Positions 35,880-36,635 of a stretch of 36,635 nt of DNA are shown piece by piece; position 1 is the stretch's first letter, and the number at the start of each line of letters is the position of its first letter. The notes beneath the pieces are model-generated. The model made no database searches, had not been told where the DNA came from, and worked only from the letters and a program-made list of their open reading frames with translations. A program made the position numbers and the translations under genes. The stretch comes from Conidiobolus incongruus B7586 (lineage: Eukaryota), in NCBI GenBank assembly GCA_000697335.1, contig JNEM01010931.1:1-36635 (forward strand). Reading direction: 5' to 3'.

Positions 35880-36635
35880 TTAATAATAAAATATTATTTA
35901 AATTAACAATTTATTACTAGGTAAATTACTTTAAGATTAAGAGAAAAACTACCTAAAACCTGTTAAAATCTAAAAAACTAATTTTAACTATTACTTTTTT
36001 AATTGTTAATAAAGTAAAAAAATATATTAAAAAGTACTTTTTTATTTCAATTAAAGAATTATCAAAATATTTTAATATTAGTTATATAAGTATTTTATAT
36101 ATATTAAAGTTTAAGTTAAAATTAATTAATAAAAATATAAAATAGGTACCTTATAATTTAACTAAAATTTAAAAAAAAGTTAGAATAGCTATTATTAAAT
36201 AAAATTTACTAAGGTATAACTAGAAACCAAAACTTTTATAATAAATTATTATAATTAATGAATTTTAAATTTTTTTGTATAATGTTTTACTAAAACATAA
36301 ATTAAAGTGTTAGATTAAGTTAAATTAACCCTCTTTATAAATTCCTTTAAATAAATACTTTATTAATAAGTGAATATTAATTATTATAATAAATTATAAT
36401 AGCATATGCTATTCTAATTTAATTTATAAAAGAAAATAAATTAATAAAAACTTTATATATTTTTTAAATAAAATTATTTCTAACTAATATTTTTAATATA
36501 ATTTAAAAAACCTATTATTTTATATAATAATTATAAAATACATTAATTTAAAAATATAAAAAACTTTTTAATTAAAAATAACTAAAAAAAAACTACTATA
36601 TCTATTATATTTTTTAAATTATAACTTATATAATT
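35880..36635. other. Extremely AT-rich block lacking CpG and depleted in CpA/TpG; possible hypermutated repeat relic
   Basis: No CG seen; by-eye count roughly 15 CA+TG versus roughly 45 AC+GT; remaining C and G mostly in ACT/AGT/CT contexts. Confidence 0.5.

Noticed and set aside
1..36635. tRNA, rRNA, CRISPR array, telomeric repeat or prokaryotic operon
   Set aside because: No cloverleaf or T-loop motifs, rRNA-like tracts or regularly spaced repeats seen; spliceosomal introns show a eukaryotic nuclear locus

Overview
AT-rich eukaryotic genomic DNA with short (~47-75 nt) GT-AG introns and fungal-type genes. It is most consistent with an early-diverging fungus such as Conidiobolus/Entomophthoromycotina; this is inferred from composition, intron size and gene content, not from a search. 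Intact genes: 3' end of glycine cleavage T protein, RPL23, an ornithine cyclodeaminase/mu-crystallin protein, a divergent coproporphyrinogen III oxidase, a 59-aa two-exon membrane microprotein missed by the ORF track, CWF19L1/DRN1, CDS1, an intronless L-lactate dehydrogenase, an ANKRD39-like protein, two tandem YdfG/YMR226C-like SDRs, SPT4, two tandem quinone oxidoreductases and two small secreted proteins. Damaged genes: an ELMO-domain gene with one early TAA, a tandem CH/DUF5745-like gene and a small hypothetical gene each with an apparent single frameshift, a pseudogenised paralogue of one secreted protein, and several decayed coding relics. The main signals are (i) a strand-oriented ATCCCAT motif usually 55-170 nt upstream of most start codons, (ii) a CpA/TpG- and CpG-depleted, RIP-like block at the right end together with transition-type stop codons in the pseudogenes, and (iii) patchy 100% identity between the SDR twins. 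No tRNA, rRNA, CRISPR array or intact mobile element was seen. All family assignments are from recognised motifs, not database searches.
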